Below, one piece after another: positions 39,213-49,990 of a stretch of DNA of 64,000 nucleotides. The notes under the pieces are model-generated. The model was not told the origin of the DNA, made no database searches, and saw nothing but the letters and a program-made list of their open reading frames with translations. Source of the stretch: Isurus oxyrinchus (lineage: Eukaryota); NCBI GenBank assembly GCA_026770705.1, contig JANJGN010000011.1:105090001-105154000 (forward strand), in the 5' to 3' direction. Position numbers and translations under genes: made by a program. Every line of letters begins with the position of its first letter. The stretch's first letter is position 1.

Positions 39213-39442
39213 AACAAAAAGTGCTGGAAAAACTCAGCAGGTCTGACAGCATCTGGGGAGAGAAAGACAGAGTTACCATTTCGAGTCCATAAGGCTCTTC
39301 AGATTCTGAAGAAGAGTCATACGGACTCGGAACGTTAACTCTGTCTTTCTTTCCCCAGATGCTGTCAGAGCTGCTGTGTTTTTCCAGCACTTTTTGTTTT
39401 TGTTTCAGATTTCCAACTTCAGCAGTATTTTGCCTTTATCTT
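39213..39442. mobile_element. Palindromic Penelope-end mini-element (older subfamily)
   Basis: Inverted arms around about 39303, with CTGAAGAAGAGTCATACGGACTC. 14-bp TSD AGTTTTCTAACAAG at 39199-39212 and 39443-39456. Confidence 0.88.
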
Positions 39443-40579
39443 AGTTTTCTAACAAGTCTCAGAGCTCTAAGAATTAACTAATGTGACCTAAACATTGAAT
39501 GGAGTGTTTCCTTTCAGCTGCGTGCTTAGTATTGGGAAAATAAATGGCAGAGGGACCTAACTAAAGGTGATATGTATGAAGGTGACCTCCAAAATTATCA
39601 GGTTAAAAATATATAATGGCATCACAGTAACAACCCTCTCCCAAGCACCCAAAAAAATCACCAGGCACCAGGAAGGTGGATTGTCCTAATTTTAAATTTC
39701 CGAGATTCTGCCACTTTTAGAACAATATCATTCACTTTATTCAAGACGTGTGATATAAACGATCTTTGTTGGATTGTGTTCATTTTTATATAGTAGATCG
39801 CAAAACATCCATCATGGTATTCCTTGGATCACATAATAAGACTAATTTCACAATCTAACTCTCCCAATGGGGGAGCAGGGGGAGCAACGCTCTCAGAAAG
39901 TGCAAAGCAGCAAATTGCAGGAATCCGGCCTGCTGGTTTTAAAGATGAATGGGCGCAAAATCTATTGGCTGACCTGCCTGCCTTTTCCCCTGAACAAACT
40001 CCCTGTCAGTGCGAATCTCAACCGGAAGATGAAATCATGGCATCATCCCCAACATGAAAAAGAGGCCTCACCTGTATTTGAATGCAACATTATCCTTCTA
40101 TTAATCAGGTGCATAAGACATTGTAGGAGTCAACAAATACACAGAAGACCTTAATGGTTCCTCTGTTTCTGTTATGAGATGTTGAAAAACTGTTATAATG
40201 AGATACCCTCCTGAGCAAGAGTGGCAAGCTGAAAAATTACCTCAGAGATTATTGACTGATTCCCACAGTTTTGTCAGCAGGTGCTCCTGCTATAGAAGCT
40301 GAGCTCTTCCCTAGTGCCTGTCAGAATTCATAACATGCAAAGTCTCTTGATAAATCTTAAAAAGGTCATGCTTTGTAATTAAAATCATGGGACTTGCTTT
40401 TATGGGACACCAGCAGGCAGAAAAGCAGGCAGGTGGATCTGTAAAGCAGGATGCATGGCATCGATTATGTGCCCGCTGCTGGTCTGCCTGTTATGCCATG
40501 ATTTTACCAGCAAAGCATGAGGCATCAGATGGGTCGCCCACCCATGGCCCAATTGAGGCCCTAAAGTACAGAGTCAAGG

Positions 40580-40850
40580 ATTTTATACAATGTTGCAGCT
40601 GAAGCTGAACCAGTGACTTGTAAAGGTTTAGCATGATTTCCATGTTTTTGTATTCAATCCCCTTATTTACAAAGCCAGAGAATGCCTTATCAGCTTGCAT
40701 GACCACTTTCAAAGATTTATGTACTCCAGGTTTTGCATGCCCTTTAGAATAGTACCACTTAGATTATGCTGCGATTCTATGGTATTTCTCCCAGAGTGCA
40801 TGACTTTACACTTATCCATAATAAATTGCATCCTTCGTGTGTGTGCCCTT
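40580..40850 (-). mobile_element. CR1 fragment
   Basis: GFVNKGIEYKNMEIMLNLYKSLV remnant. Confidence 0.7.
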
Positions 40851-41649
40851 GGAAAAATTGGCAATTTTATTTTGTTGTAAGTTTTGCTGTTTGTGTTAAA
40901 TTCTATTTCCTTGCTGATTAAACTATTGTTGCCTCTTCATCCTACTGATGTCATTTATTATTTGCAATTGCTTCATTTTCTCACATTTCAAATATAACTT
41001 TAAAGCATACCAGAAAGTTGGCTGCCTCCAAATATCCCTTTTGAATGGGTTGAGCGAAAAGAAGCAAGCGTTACAGAGGCTTGGTATATACATATTTTGA
41101 TATCTATAACCCATCAAAGGAATGAATTTCCAAGCTCTTTGTCTTTCTAAACTTTTGTGTGCATACCATTGATCGTCAGTTAAGTCGAAAGATTAACCCA
41201 CTTTTCTCATAAATGTGTGTATATCCCAAGTTGTTGATGCCAACAGATCTTGATGTTCTGATTTGAAATTTAAATTCTGGACTTCGTAGAATCATTAAAT
41301 AACTTGGCTAATCTAGATATTGACCATATATTGAACGCTCACTAATTTTCCTCTCAGCAATAGTCATTTAGACAATGACAAAACAGTTCATCCAAATTAG
41401 ACCAGAGAGAAAGATTTTCTAGTTATTTGTTAACTCCAGCCAAAATCTCAAGTGATGAAAGATAATAAATATTATTGGAAAAAGTGCAGCCCATACAACA
41501 TATGTTAGAATTTCAAGCAGAAATTCATATAGTGAAGAATGCCAATTATGTGATTAATACATATTTTTAATTTTAGAAATCCCCTATGAAACTGGATGGC
41601 AAATAACATGCATTAATAGGAATTTAGGCATAGATGAAGCAATGGACAT

Positions 41650-41999
41650 ACAAACATACAATTTGGGAGCAGGAGTTGGCCATTCAGCCCCTCGAGACTG
41701 CTCCGCCATTCAGTAAGATCATGGCTGATCTGATTGTGGCCTCAACTCCACATTCTGCCATCTCCAGTAACCTTTGACTCCCTTGTTAGTTAAGAATCTA
41801 TTTACCTCGCCTTAAAAGTATTGATTGAACCTGCCTCCTTGTCTATTCTCTGGGGAAGAGAGTTTCAAATATTCACGACCCTCTGAGAGAAAATATTTCT
41901 TCTCATATCCTTCTTAAATGGGAGACCATTTATTTTTAAACTGCACCGCCCACCCCCTGGTTCTAATCTCTCCTACATAGGGAAACATCCTTTCGGCAT
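41650..41999 (-). mobile_element. CR1 3' end
   Basis: GGAGCAGGAGTTGGCCATTCAGCCCCTCGAG..., the reverse complement of a CR1 tail like 47780-48110. Confidence 0.8.
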
Positions 42000-44462
42000 T
42001 GTTATAAAGTTGATCTTCCAGGCAAGTTCTCTTAGTAGATACATTTAGCTTTATTTAGAATACAGCAGCAGCAACTATATGCGTGTATCAAACTCTATAA
42101 CTAAAGAAGTACTCTCCTTCTAGAGGTTTCCTGCACTGCTAACTCATTTGTTTACATAGATCAAGTGATCTTACAACAAAATATTATTCTTAAAGCTATG
42201 GTCCTACATTTATCTGAACTATAATTACTATATTCCTCCCCCTCTAATTTTCCTGGACGTTTTGTATTTACTAGGATATTTATCTCGTGACATTACAATA
42301 TTCAGACACAGGTCATGAAATTACAAGTTCAGCCTTTCAAGTGGTTTCCTGATCCGTGTGAAATGTCATAGTTCCACGACTTCCTATTCTTTGCAGGAAC
42401 CACATTCTCTGGAACCGTATTAACATCAGGCACCTCATTAGCCACAGGCTATTCAGTGTCTTCCACTCTGACAGAGACATAGGGTATGTCTATCCTTGAT
42501 TGAGCAACTTCAACAGCAACTACAGGTTCAGCAGTGGTTACAGGTGGAACATCATTTTGTCAGGGTATCTCCCTTCTCCTTAAATGATCCACATGCTTAC
42601 GGGTGATCCAGCCCTCCACTTCCATGTGGTACAACAATGGTCCGATCACAGAACTCAGCTTACCAGGTAACCACTTCGTCCTCCACTGAAATTCCTTACA
42701 TATGCTGCTTCTCCAACGGTAAATTGTCGCTCACGACTATGCAAATCATGAGTTGCTTTTTGTTCTCTTGACTTTTCTCCACGTTCCCCTCTAAATTGGG
42801 AAATATCAGGTTTAGTCTTGTTCGAAGGCAGTGCCTCATCAGTAATTTCTACCTGCCTTCTTCTTTCTACCACAGAATTTAGTCTTGGCCTTCTTTTTGA
42901 CTTCACTGTCGGCCAGACTGCGTTCAGGTCCAATCTCAACTTGTCTTAGTTCAGTAGAAAAGCTACCGATGACTTCATTACCTATTATCATCTTGAAAAG
43001 TTCTATGACTTTTGGCTTTCAAAGCTCATTAACTTCATTCAACTGATTCTTCAGCTCTTCTGTCTCCTTGTATCTGTTGGCTTCCTCCTAGAACTTTGAA
43101 CATTGCGGTGCCTTTTCTGCCAACTGGTTCTTCAGTTTGTTCAGAGTGACATCAAATTCTTCCTGTTTCTCTTTGTAATGTTCCAAAGGCACAAACTTTG
43201 ACCTGAGGGATACTCGTAGTATGTGAAGATTTTTCAACAGGTTTTCCTTTTCTTTGTGAAGCTCACTCGCTTTATCTTGAATTCTGTAATTCAGTGGAGT
43301 CTCCTTAAGTTTCTTCTGCTGTTTTTCCATGTCATTGCTTAAGACAGTCTTCATTTCTTCAGGTTGCTGAATGCTTACACACTCCTTTTTCATCCTGTTG
43401 CAGTCCTTGGACTCTCCAGGCTCTTTCTGAAACACATTGCCTTTTTCCCTTTTCCAACTCAAGAGCTCTTTCAGCTTCCTTTTGAAATCTCACTGGCCAA
43501 TCAAAATTAATTTCCCTCAACCAATTTCAACCTCGAAAGCTCAGTCCTCTACCTTCTAATACCATCACAGGTAGATGTGCAGTTTGGTGTTTGTAATGAA
43601 CTGTTACTGTGGTGATACTTTTTACCTGGATTTCCTCACCTGTGTACATTTTCAACTTGGCAGATGTTTGTTTCAAATTTAATTGTTGACCACCTTTATT
43701 TAAATATCTGAAAGTGTGTTCTCCTATTATAGTGGTAGAAGCACCCATGTCTACCTCAATTTTTAATGGTTTACCATTCACTTGCACTGTGACAATGATT
43801 GACTCTGCCTTCCCATCTTTCATGTTGAATAATGAATAAATGTCAGAATTGGTTGTTTCTGGATCTTCTACACTACACACTTCAATGGGCTTCGATTTTT
43901 GCCTGGAAGCCTGTTTAAATCTCACTTTGCAATGTTTCAATATGTGTCCACTTCTCTGACAAAAATAACACTCTACCTTTTTAAATTGCCAATCGTTAGG
44001 AGTATGATTGTTGCCACATCGATGAAAATTAGTTTTCGACTTTGCTGCTAAGGTGTTTCCTCTCAATTTTCGGTTAGCGGGGGCTGTTTCCCACTTTGCG
44101 GCGGAGTACTAGCTTTTCGTGCCACTTTCAGCTGACTGTTCCCACCCAACTAGAACAGCACCATTTTGCTCCCCTTGAATCGCTGATGAATCCCTTACAG
44201 CACTTTCCATCCCAAGCATTATTTCTAATGCTTTCTTAAAATCAAGATTCAGTTCAGCCAGCAATCTTCACTGAATAGCATCCTCCTGTACATCACATAC
44301 CAAATGATCCCTGAGCATGTCATTCAGGGTTTCATCGAAATCACAATATTCTGTTAGTTGTTTTACTTTTGCCACGTAGGTGGCAATGGTCTCTCCAGGG
44401 GCTCTATTCTGTGAATTGTACCTGAATCTGTGCATTGTGACTGAGGGCTTGGGTTGGAAATA
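42000..44462 (-). mobile_element. Defective Gypsy element: gag-PR-[coiled-coil cargo]-integrase C-term-PPT-3' LTR
   Basis: Gag (FQPKPSV, MLRDHLVC) and protease (VDMGAS) similar to the element at 1-3510. Integrase tail RHCLRTRLNL. PPT 42233-42247 and LTR 42000-42232. RT, RNase H and integrase core absent. Confidence 0.9.
42850..43490 (-). pseudogene. Coiled-coil cargo resembling UACA/RAI14/ANKRD24-family coiled coil
   Basis: ORF 43088-43462 has heptad character, with KECVSIQQPEEMK and KFVPLEHYKEKQEEFDVTLNKLKNQLAEK motifs. The family resemblance is from memory, not from a search. Confidence 0.55.
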
Positions 44463-45299
44463 GTGCCAGGAATAAACATCAGAAACATTCAAAGATGGAA
44501 ATGATTTATTTAGATTAGGTGGGTGTGCTTCTTGCAGCACTCATTCCTGATTTTTGAATGTCCTGCTTTTCACTCGCCACTTGTTGAACTCACAAAGCAC
44601 AGAATTATATTGTAATGCTGCCCTGTATTGCGATAGATGACCTAAGGGGAAAACAAGAGCAAAGGCTTAGAAGAATACTCTCAATCACAAATAATGATTA
44701 CACATACGGCCATAAATGAATGCCAACGAACAGTTTCCTTTCTCTAGCAGAGAAGCAGTGGATGTAAAGATTGAATCTAGCAAGGTAGGTCGTTGACTTG
44801 GACCACATCCTCAAGAACCCTGAATCTCGTGGTCAGTCTCCTTTCACCACTGGTCTTCCTGTGATAGTCAATATAGCATCAGCTCTCAGTTTCCATGTGC
44901 TACCGGTAGCTTTTGGGTCTCAGGAAAGAGATGCTTTGGAATAAGGTGCTATTTGATCCACACAGCCAATAAGTTGGTTCCCGACACTAAAATAATTTTT
45001 GCTAAGGGTTACATCTACATTTCCAAAGGCTAGAAGGTTTCTACAGATTTCCACAACCCCCACTATTCAGCAAATAATTGAATCTGCGTGTACTATTCTT
45101 TGGACCTTGGTCTGCCATACCATAGCATGCATAAATAAAAAAGACTTCTGCTCCTTTACATTTCAGATGACTCATTATCCCTATTTATTTGATTATAGAT
45201 GTTAATATCTTCTTCTCTGAAAGTACCTCCAGAGTCAATCTGATGTTAGTGAGTCTACCAAGGAAAGAGGCTTAATACTGGGAGGCCTGGACTATTCTT

Positions 45300-45570
45300 T
45301 ACTTCTTTGACACTTGACACCCTTGTACAACCTGCACCGTTGGCTGAACTGCCGTAAAATGAGGAGCATTTCTAAATGAAGGTCCTAGTGTAACAGACTT
45401 TTGGCATTGTCAAACAGTGTGTCAAAGCTTAGACAACCCTGGTAGTTGCCTCAAGCATACCTCTTGAAATGATGGCCAAAGTTATGACTGTGCACTGCAG
45501 ATTACACAGTGCTGATATTGATACTGATGATTAAAAGGCACAAGTGCAAGAGAAGAATGAAGAAGGGCAA
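45300..45570 (+). pseudogene. Highly decayed Harbinger transposase C-terminal fragment
   Basis: QTFGIVKQ ... AKVMTVHCRLH-like remnants matching the layout of 53857-54423. Confidence 0.5.
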
Positions 45571-46399
45571 TCATATCTACTTAGAGGAAGAAGGACTTTA
45601 GGCAATATGAGAACCACCATAGCAATTTGTTGATTGTTTCTTCCACTGAATTCATGTCTGTCCATTCGGCATTGTTAACACAAGCATATGCTGATAACTC
45701 CAGGAGTAATGATTTAATTAATGGCAACATCTGTTTAACTGGAATGTGCATGACTGTAGAGGTCTGCTTGTGTATCCCGAGTGTTTTTTGTAAGGTAAGT
45801 TTGGAAGGGAAGTCTTGCAATTGGTGAGGGTGGGGGTCCTGGATCATCAGTCGCCCAAATTATTTCTGCAGGAGTTGCATTCCTGCTCTTTATGGACCCG
45901 TAAAATTAAAATAGTCTGCCAAAACTCACTACCTGGTCTCACACTTAAATATCAGCCCTGGGTACAAGGTATTTAAGAGCAACTAGCATGTGTGGAATTG
46001 CACTGCATCAAGGAGTTAACACCTTCCTCAGAGCAGCGCGTAAAAACAACACCCTTTTTTTTACATGCTTTATATTGTATATTCGTTCATGGGTTTTATA
46101 TTCGTTCACAGGTGTCGCTGGCTCGACCAGCATTTATTGCCCATCCCTAATTGCCTTTGTCCAGAGGGCATTTAAGAGTCAACCACATGGCTGTAAGGAT
46201 GGCAGATTTCCTTCCCTAAAAGAAATTAGTGAATCAGATGGGTTTTTACGATAATCGGCAATGGTTTTATAATCTTCATCAAACTTTTAATTCCATTTTT
46301 ATTGAATTCAAATTTCACCATTTCCCGGGTCCCCAGAGCGTTACCCTGGGTCTCTGGAATACTGGTCCAGCGACAGTATCACTATGCCACCACCTCCCT

Positions 46400-46990
46400 C
46401 ATTTCTTTGCATTCTCCCTCCCTCCAATTTTCTTTTTATCTGTCCATTTTACCTATTTTATTGAAACCCCTTATGATTTCATTACATTCTCGGCATCTTT
46501 CCTTGCTGCGTTGTACAATATGCTATCTATCTGCTCACCTTGACCAATTATCATTACTTATTTCTATGCAAATGTTTTTGTAATCTTCACTCTATTCCCA
46601 GCCTTTTGATAGCTATTATGTGAGCACTTATCAATTATGCCCCTCTTTCTAGCTTAGTAATTCTATCTTTAAAATTGTATTGTGCACTCGTAGCTCCACC
46701 TCTATTTTCAGCTTGTAGCCATGCTTCTGGTGTTAATAATGTCAATATTTCAATGAGCTGTGTAAACATTGAAATCCAATAATTTATTTCAAATGTCCCT
46801 TGCATTAATATTGAAGTGCCTTCATCATCTTCTCCTTTTGAATCTTTTGTTACATTTACATACTTTTCTTTTACCTTCAACTTTATTATTGTGATCCCTT
46901 CAATAGTGGTGACCAATATGTTCATCAAACCCACCTCCCTTTCTGCAGAATTTAAGTCAGGTGAACATCAATTCTCACTTTTATGTTTTA
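46400..46990 (-). mobile_element. Ancient LINE (CR1-like) endonuclease/linker remnant
   Basis: ILM.G.F.IN.W / FTQLI-type remnant. Probably continues at about 48300-48750. Confidence 0.4.
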
Positions 46991-47199
46991 GGTGAACAAC
47001 TTATCTCCCAAAAAGTTTTGTAAAGGCCATTGTTCCTGAAAGAGAGAATTTTCTAGACCATCCCCAAATGAATGAGTCTGGAAGTCTCAATCCCTGATCT
47101 GCTGATCCATGGTGGGAATAGAGGCACTGCACTTGGATTTAGAATATCGGAGCTAGGAAGAAGAGACACATTGACCAGTGTTCCTTCCAAATTATTATC

Positions 47200-47670
47200 C
47201 AATTGAAATGTATACAATAACCTGCCTTTAATGCCTAAAACATCTGATGACACTTCACAAAGCATTATCAGACAAAATGTAACACCAAGTCAAAGAAACA
47301 AATATTAGGCCAGGTGGCCAAATAGGTCACCAAGAAAGTGAAGGACACCTAAGAGTTCAGAGTTGAAGTAATAAAGAGCTCTCAGGGGTGGACTGGGGGT
47401 GGCGGTGGGTGGGGAGAGGGGTGTTGTAAGGCTGGAGAAGATTACAGAGATTTGGAAGGAGGTGATCATGGGGGGGATTTGAACACATGGATGAGAATTT
47501 TAAAATTGAGGCATTGGTGGATGGAGTCAATTTTAGGTCAGTGAACAGCAGGATGATGGGTGAACTGGATGGTGTGAGTTAGAATATGGACAGCAGAAAT
47601 TTGAATGAGCTCAAGCCTACGCATGGAGAAAGATGGGAGGCCATCCAGAGGCACAGTTAATGAATAAGAA
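47200..47670 (-). mobile_element. L2 LINE 3' fragment
   Basis: GAGAATTTTAAAATTGAGGCATTG...AGGTCAG pattern typical of L2 3' regions. Confidence 0.55.
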
Positions 47671-47779
47671 TGGAGTTGGCCTCAGCTGTACAACTCCCAA
47701 CAGGCAAGCAATCAGCCAGTATTCATTGTCTATGTACACATATGAAGAGTATATAATGAGCAAGTAACAATGGAGCCAG

Positions 47780-48112
47780 GCACTTCCCTTGTAGAGGAGT
47801 CTAGGACCAGAGGGCATAATCTCAGAGTAAGGGGTCACCCATATAAAACAGAGATTAGGAAGAATTTCTTCTCTCAGAGGGTCATCAGTCTGTGGAATTC
47901 TTTACTGCAGAGGACTTTAGAGAGTGGGTCGTTATGTATATACAAGGCTAAGATAGACAGATTTTTAATCAGTAAGAGGATCAATGGTTATGGGGAAAAG
48001 GCAGGAAAGTAGAGGATTATCAGATCAGCCATGATATCATTGAATGGCGGAGCAGAGTTGATTGGCCGAACGGCCTACTTCTGCTCCTATGTGTTATGGT
48101 CTATGGTCTTAT
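47780..48112 (+). mobile_element. CR1 3' end
   Basis: SRTRGHNL...RKNFFSQRVISLWNSL and the CR1 tail. Confidence 0.9.
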
Positions 48113-48989
48113 AGCAGATGGTAAGAGCAGGAGAGTTTTTTGGTCAGCCATGAGATGGAAAGAAAGTTGGAGACTCTATCATCAGTATCTAAAGTTCCAG
48201 ACCACAGCATGCATGTAAAAATGCATGTTACCACATCAACTTGGACTCCCTAAGTTATCTACAATACACCACCACTTTAAGGCACTCCAATTATCTAGAA
48301 AGATAATTTTCTCTTACCACCCAATGAGCTAGTCAATAAACTCTATTCCCTGGTTAGCACTGGTGCACTTTATATTCTTTCTTTAGTTCTTTAGGTTGTT
48401 TATAATTACATTTGGCTCCATGTGTTTTAAGGAGAAGTCAATCTCACTTACCATCTCATCCAGAACTTTTCTCTGGATCTGCTCTGACCCTGCTTTCCTA
48501 TTAATATCCTTTCTCTACCTTAGCCATATCCGCTTACTCTTGGCTGAATCATGAATTTGTCTAATTCCAGTACATATGTTAACAGGTGGAGTATTTATTA
48601 CAGCAGATGATGTTTTATTCCGTAGTTGAAAATTCTTATGTTGAAATTATTCCTTATGTATGTTGGATATACTTTGGCTTCTTCAGACAATATCCATAAC
48701 ATCTGGTTGTGCCTTGATCGCACAAGCTACTATGTTCACCTTATTGATTTCCTAATTTAAAAAATCAGATCACACTTTTAAAACTTATTTTATTTATAAA
48801 GTTTTATTTATTGAACATTGATTTAGTTTCTTTAGCCTCTCTTCAAAAGGCAAAGGGAGTAGTAAGGGTGGTAGTAAAGAAACAAAGAATTGGTCCAGAG
48901 TAGGTGTTAATAGCAGAATAAAGGTCAACTCTGTCTGAAAGCAAAAACATGAAACAAGTTATAAACTGGCACTTGGGGAAATAAAAAAT

Positions 48990-49200
48990 CAAAACGGAGG
49001 ACAGAGATCCTGGTCTAAAATTGTTGAACTCAATGTTGAGTTCAGAAGAAGGTAAAGTATCAAATCAGAAGATGAGATATTGTTCCTCCAACTTTTTTCG
49101 GTTTCACTGGAACATTGAACAATGTCAAGGACAGAAATGTGAGCATGAGGAAAAGATGGTGAGTTAAAATGGCAAGAGTCCGGAAGGTCAGGGTCATGCT
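48990..49200 (-). mobile_element. Old Penelope GIY-YIG fragment
   Basis: Diverged match to 25760-25950. Confidence 0.75.
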
Positions 49201-49209
49201 ACAGAAAAC

Positions 49210-49445
49210 CTCCGCTCAGGAATAATCTCCCTGCTTTTCTTCAAAATAATGCTATGGGGTCTTTTACATTCAACTGAGCAGGCAGACAGGGTCTCAGTTT
49301 AACGTCTCACCCAAAAGGTAGCACTTCTGACAGTGTAGTGCTCCCTTAGTACTGCATTGGAGTGCCATCTTTGATTTTTGTGCTCAAGTCCTGATGTGGA
49401 ATATAAAACCCAGCACCTTGTGATTCCAAGGCAAGTGTGCCACAA
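49210..49445 (-). mobile_element. SINE-like fragment
   Basis: CTCCCTTAGTACTGCATTGGAGTG...GTGCTCAAGTC pattern resembling vertebrate tRNA-headed SINEs. Confidence 0.5.
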
Positions 49446-49454
49446 TCTGGTTGC

Positions 49455-49990
49455 AGGAGGGGTGGGAGATGAGGGGGATGTGGGAAGTTGTATGGAGAGA
49501 TGTGTGTTAGGAAATGGGAGAGGGAGAAGGAGTGGAGGGGAGAGGATGTAGGAAGGAGAGAGTGAAGGAAAGGGTTGTGAGCAATGTGGGAGAAGAAAGG
49601 GAAGTGGTGAGGGAAAAGGGACAAAGGGAAAGAAAAGAGGTGAGAAAGGAAAAGAGAAGAAGAAAGGAAAAGTGAAGAAGAAGAGAGATGTGAAAGAGCA
49701 AAGGAAAGGGAGGAAAAGAGGCAAGTTGGGCCAAGTAGAGAGGGAAGAAAGAAAGAGGAGGGGAAGAGGCATGTAAAAGAGGACCAGAGTTGAGGGGAGA
49801 TGGGAGGGGAGGACTGTGAATACTAGAAAGGAGGGTACGGTCTTGGGGGAAAGGAGAACAGGAATGGAGGGGAAGAGGAAAGGAAGTAACTAGGAGGATG
49901 GAGGAAGGTATATGGGAAAGGAGGACAAGAAGGCGAGGGGCAGGGTGAAGGGAAATAGGGAGAGCAGAAGGAAATTGTAAGGAAAGATTT
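49455..49990 (+). repeat. Polypurine (GA-rich) low-complexity tract
   Basis: Almost exclusively G/A on the + strand. Confidence 0.9.

Noticed and set aside
39824-40057. 77-aa ORF as a coding exon
   Set aside because: Non-ATG start, no recognisable domain and no convincing splice sites.
43088-43462. Genuine host exon of a UACA-family gene at this locus
   Set aside because: It has stops and frameshifts, no evident splice sites, and is embedded between Gypsy protease and integrase sequence.
49299-49772. Phe/Pro/Ser-rich ORFs
   Set aside because: Artefact of the polypurine tract.
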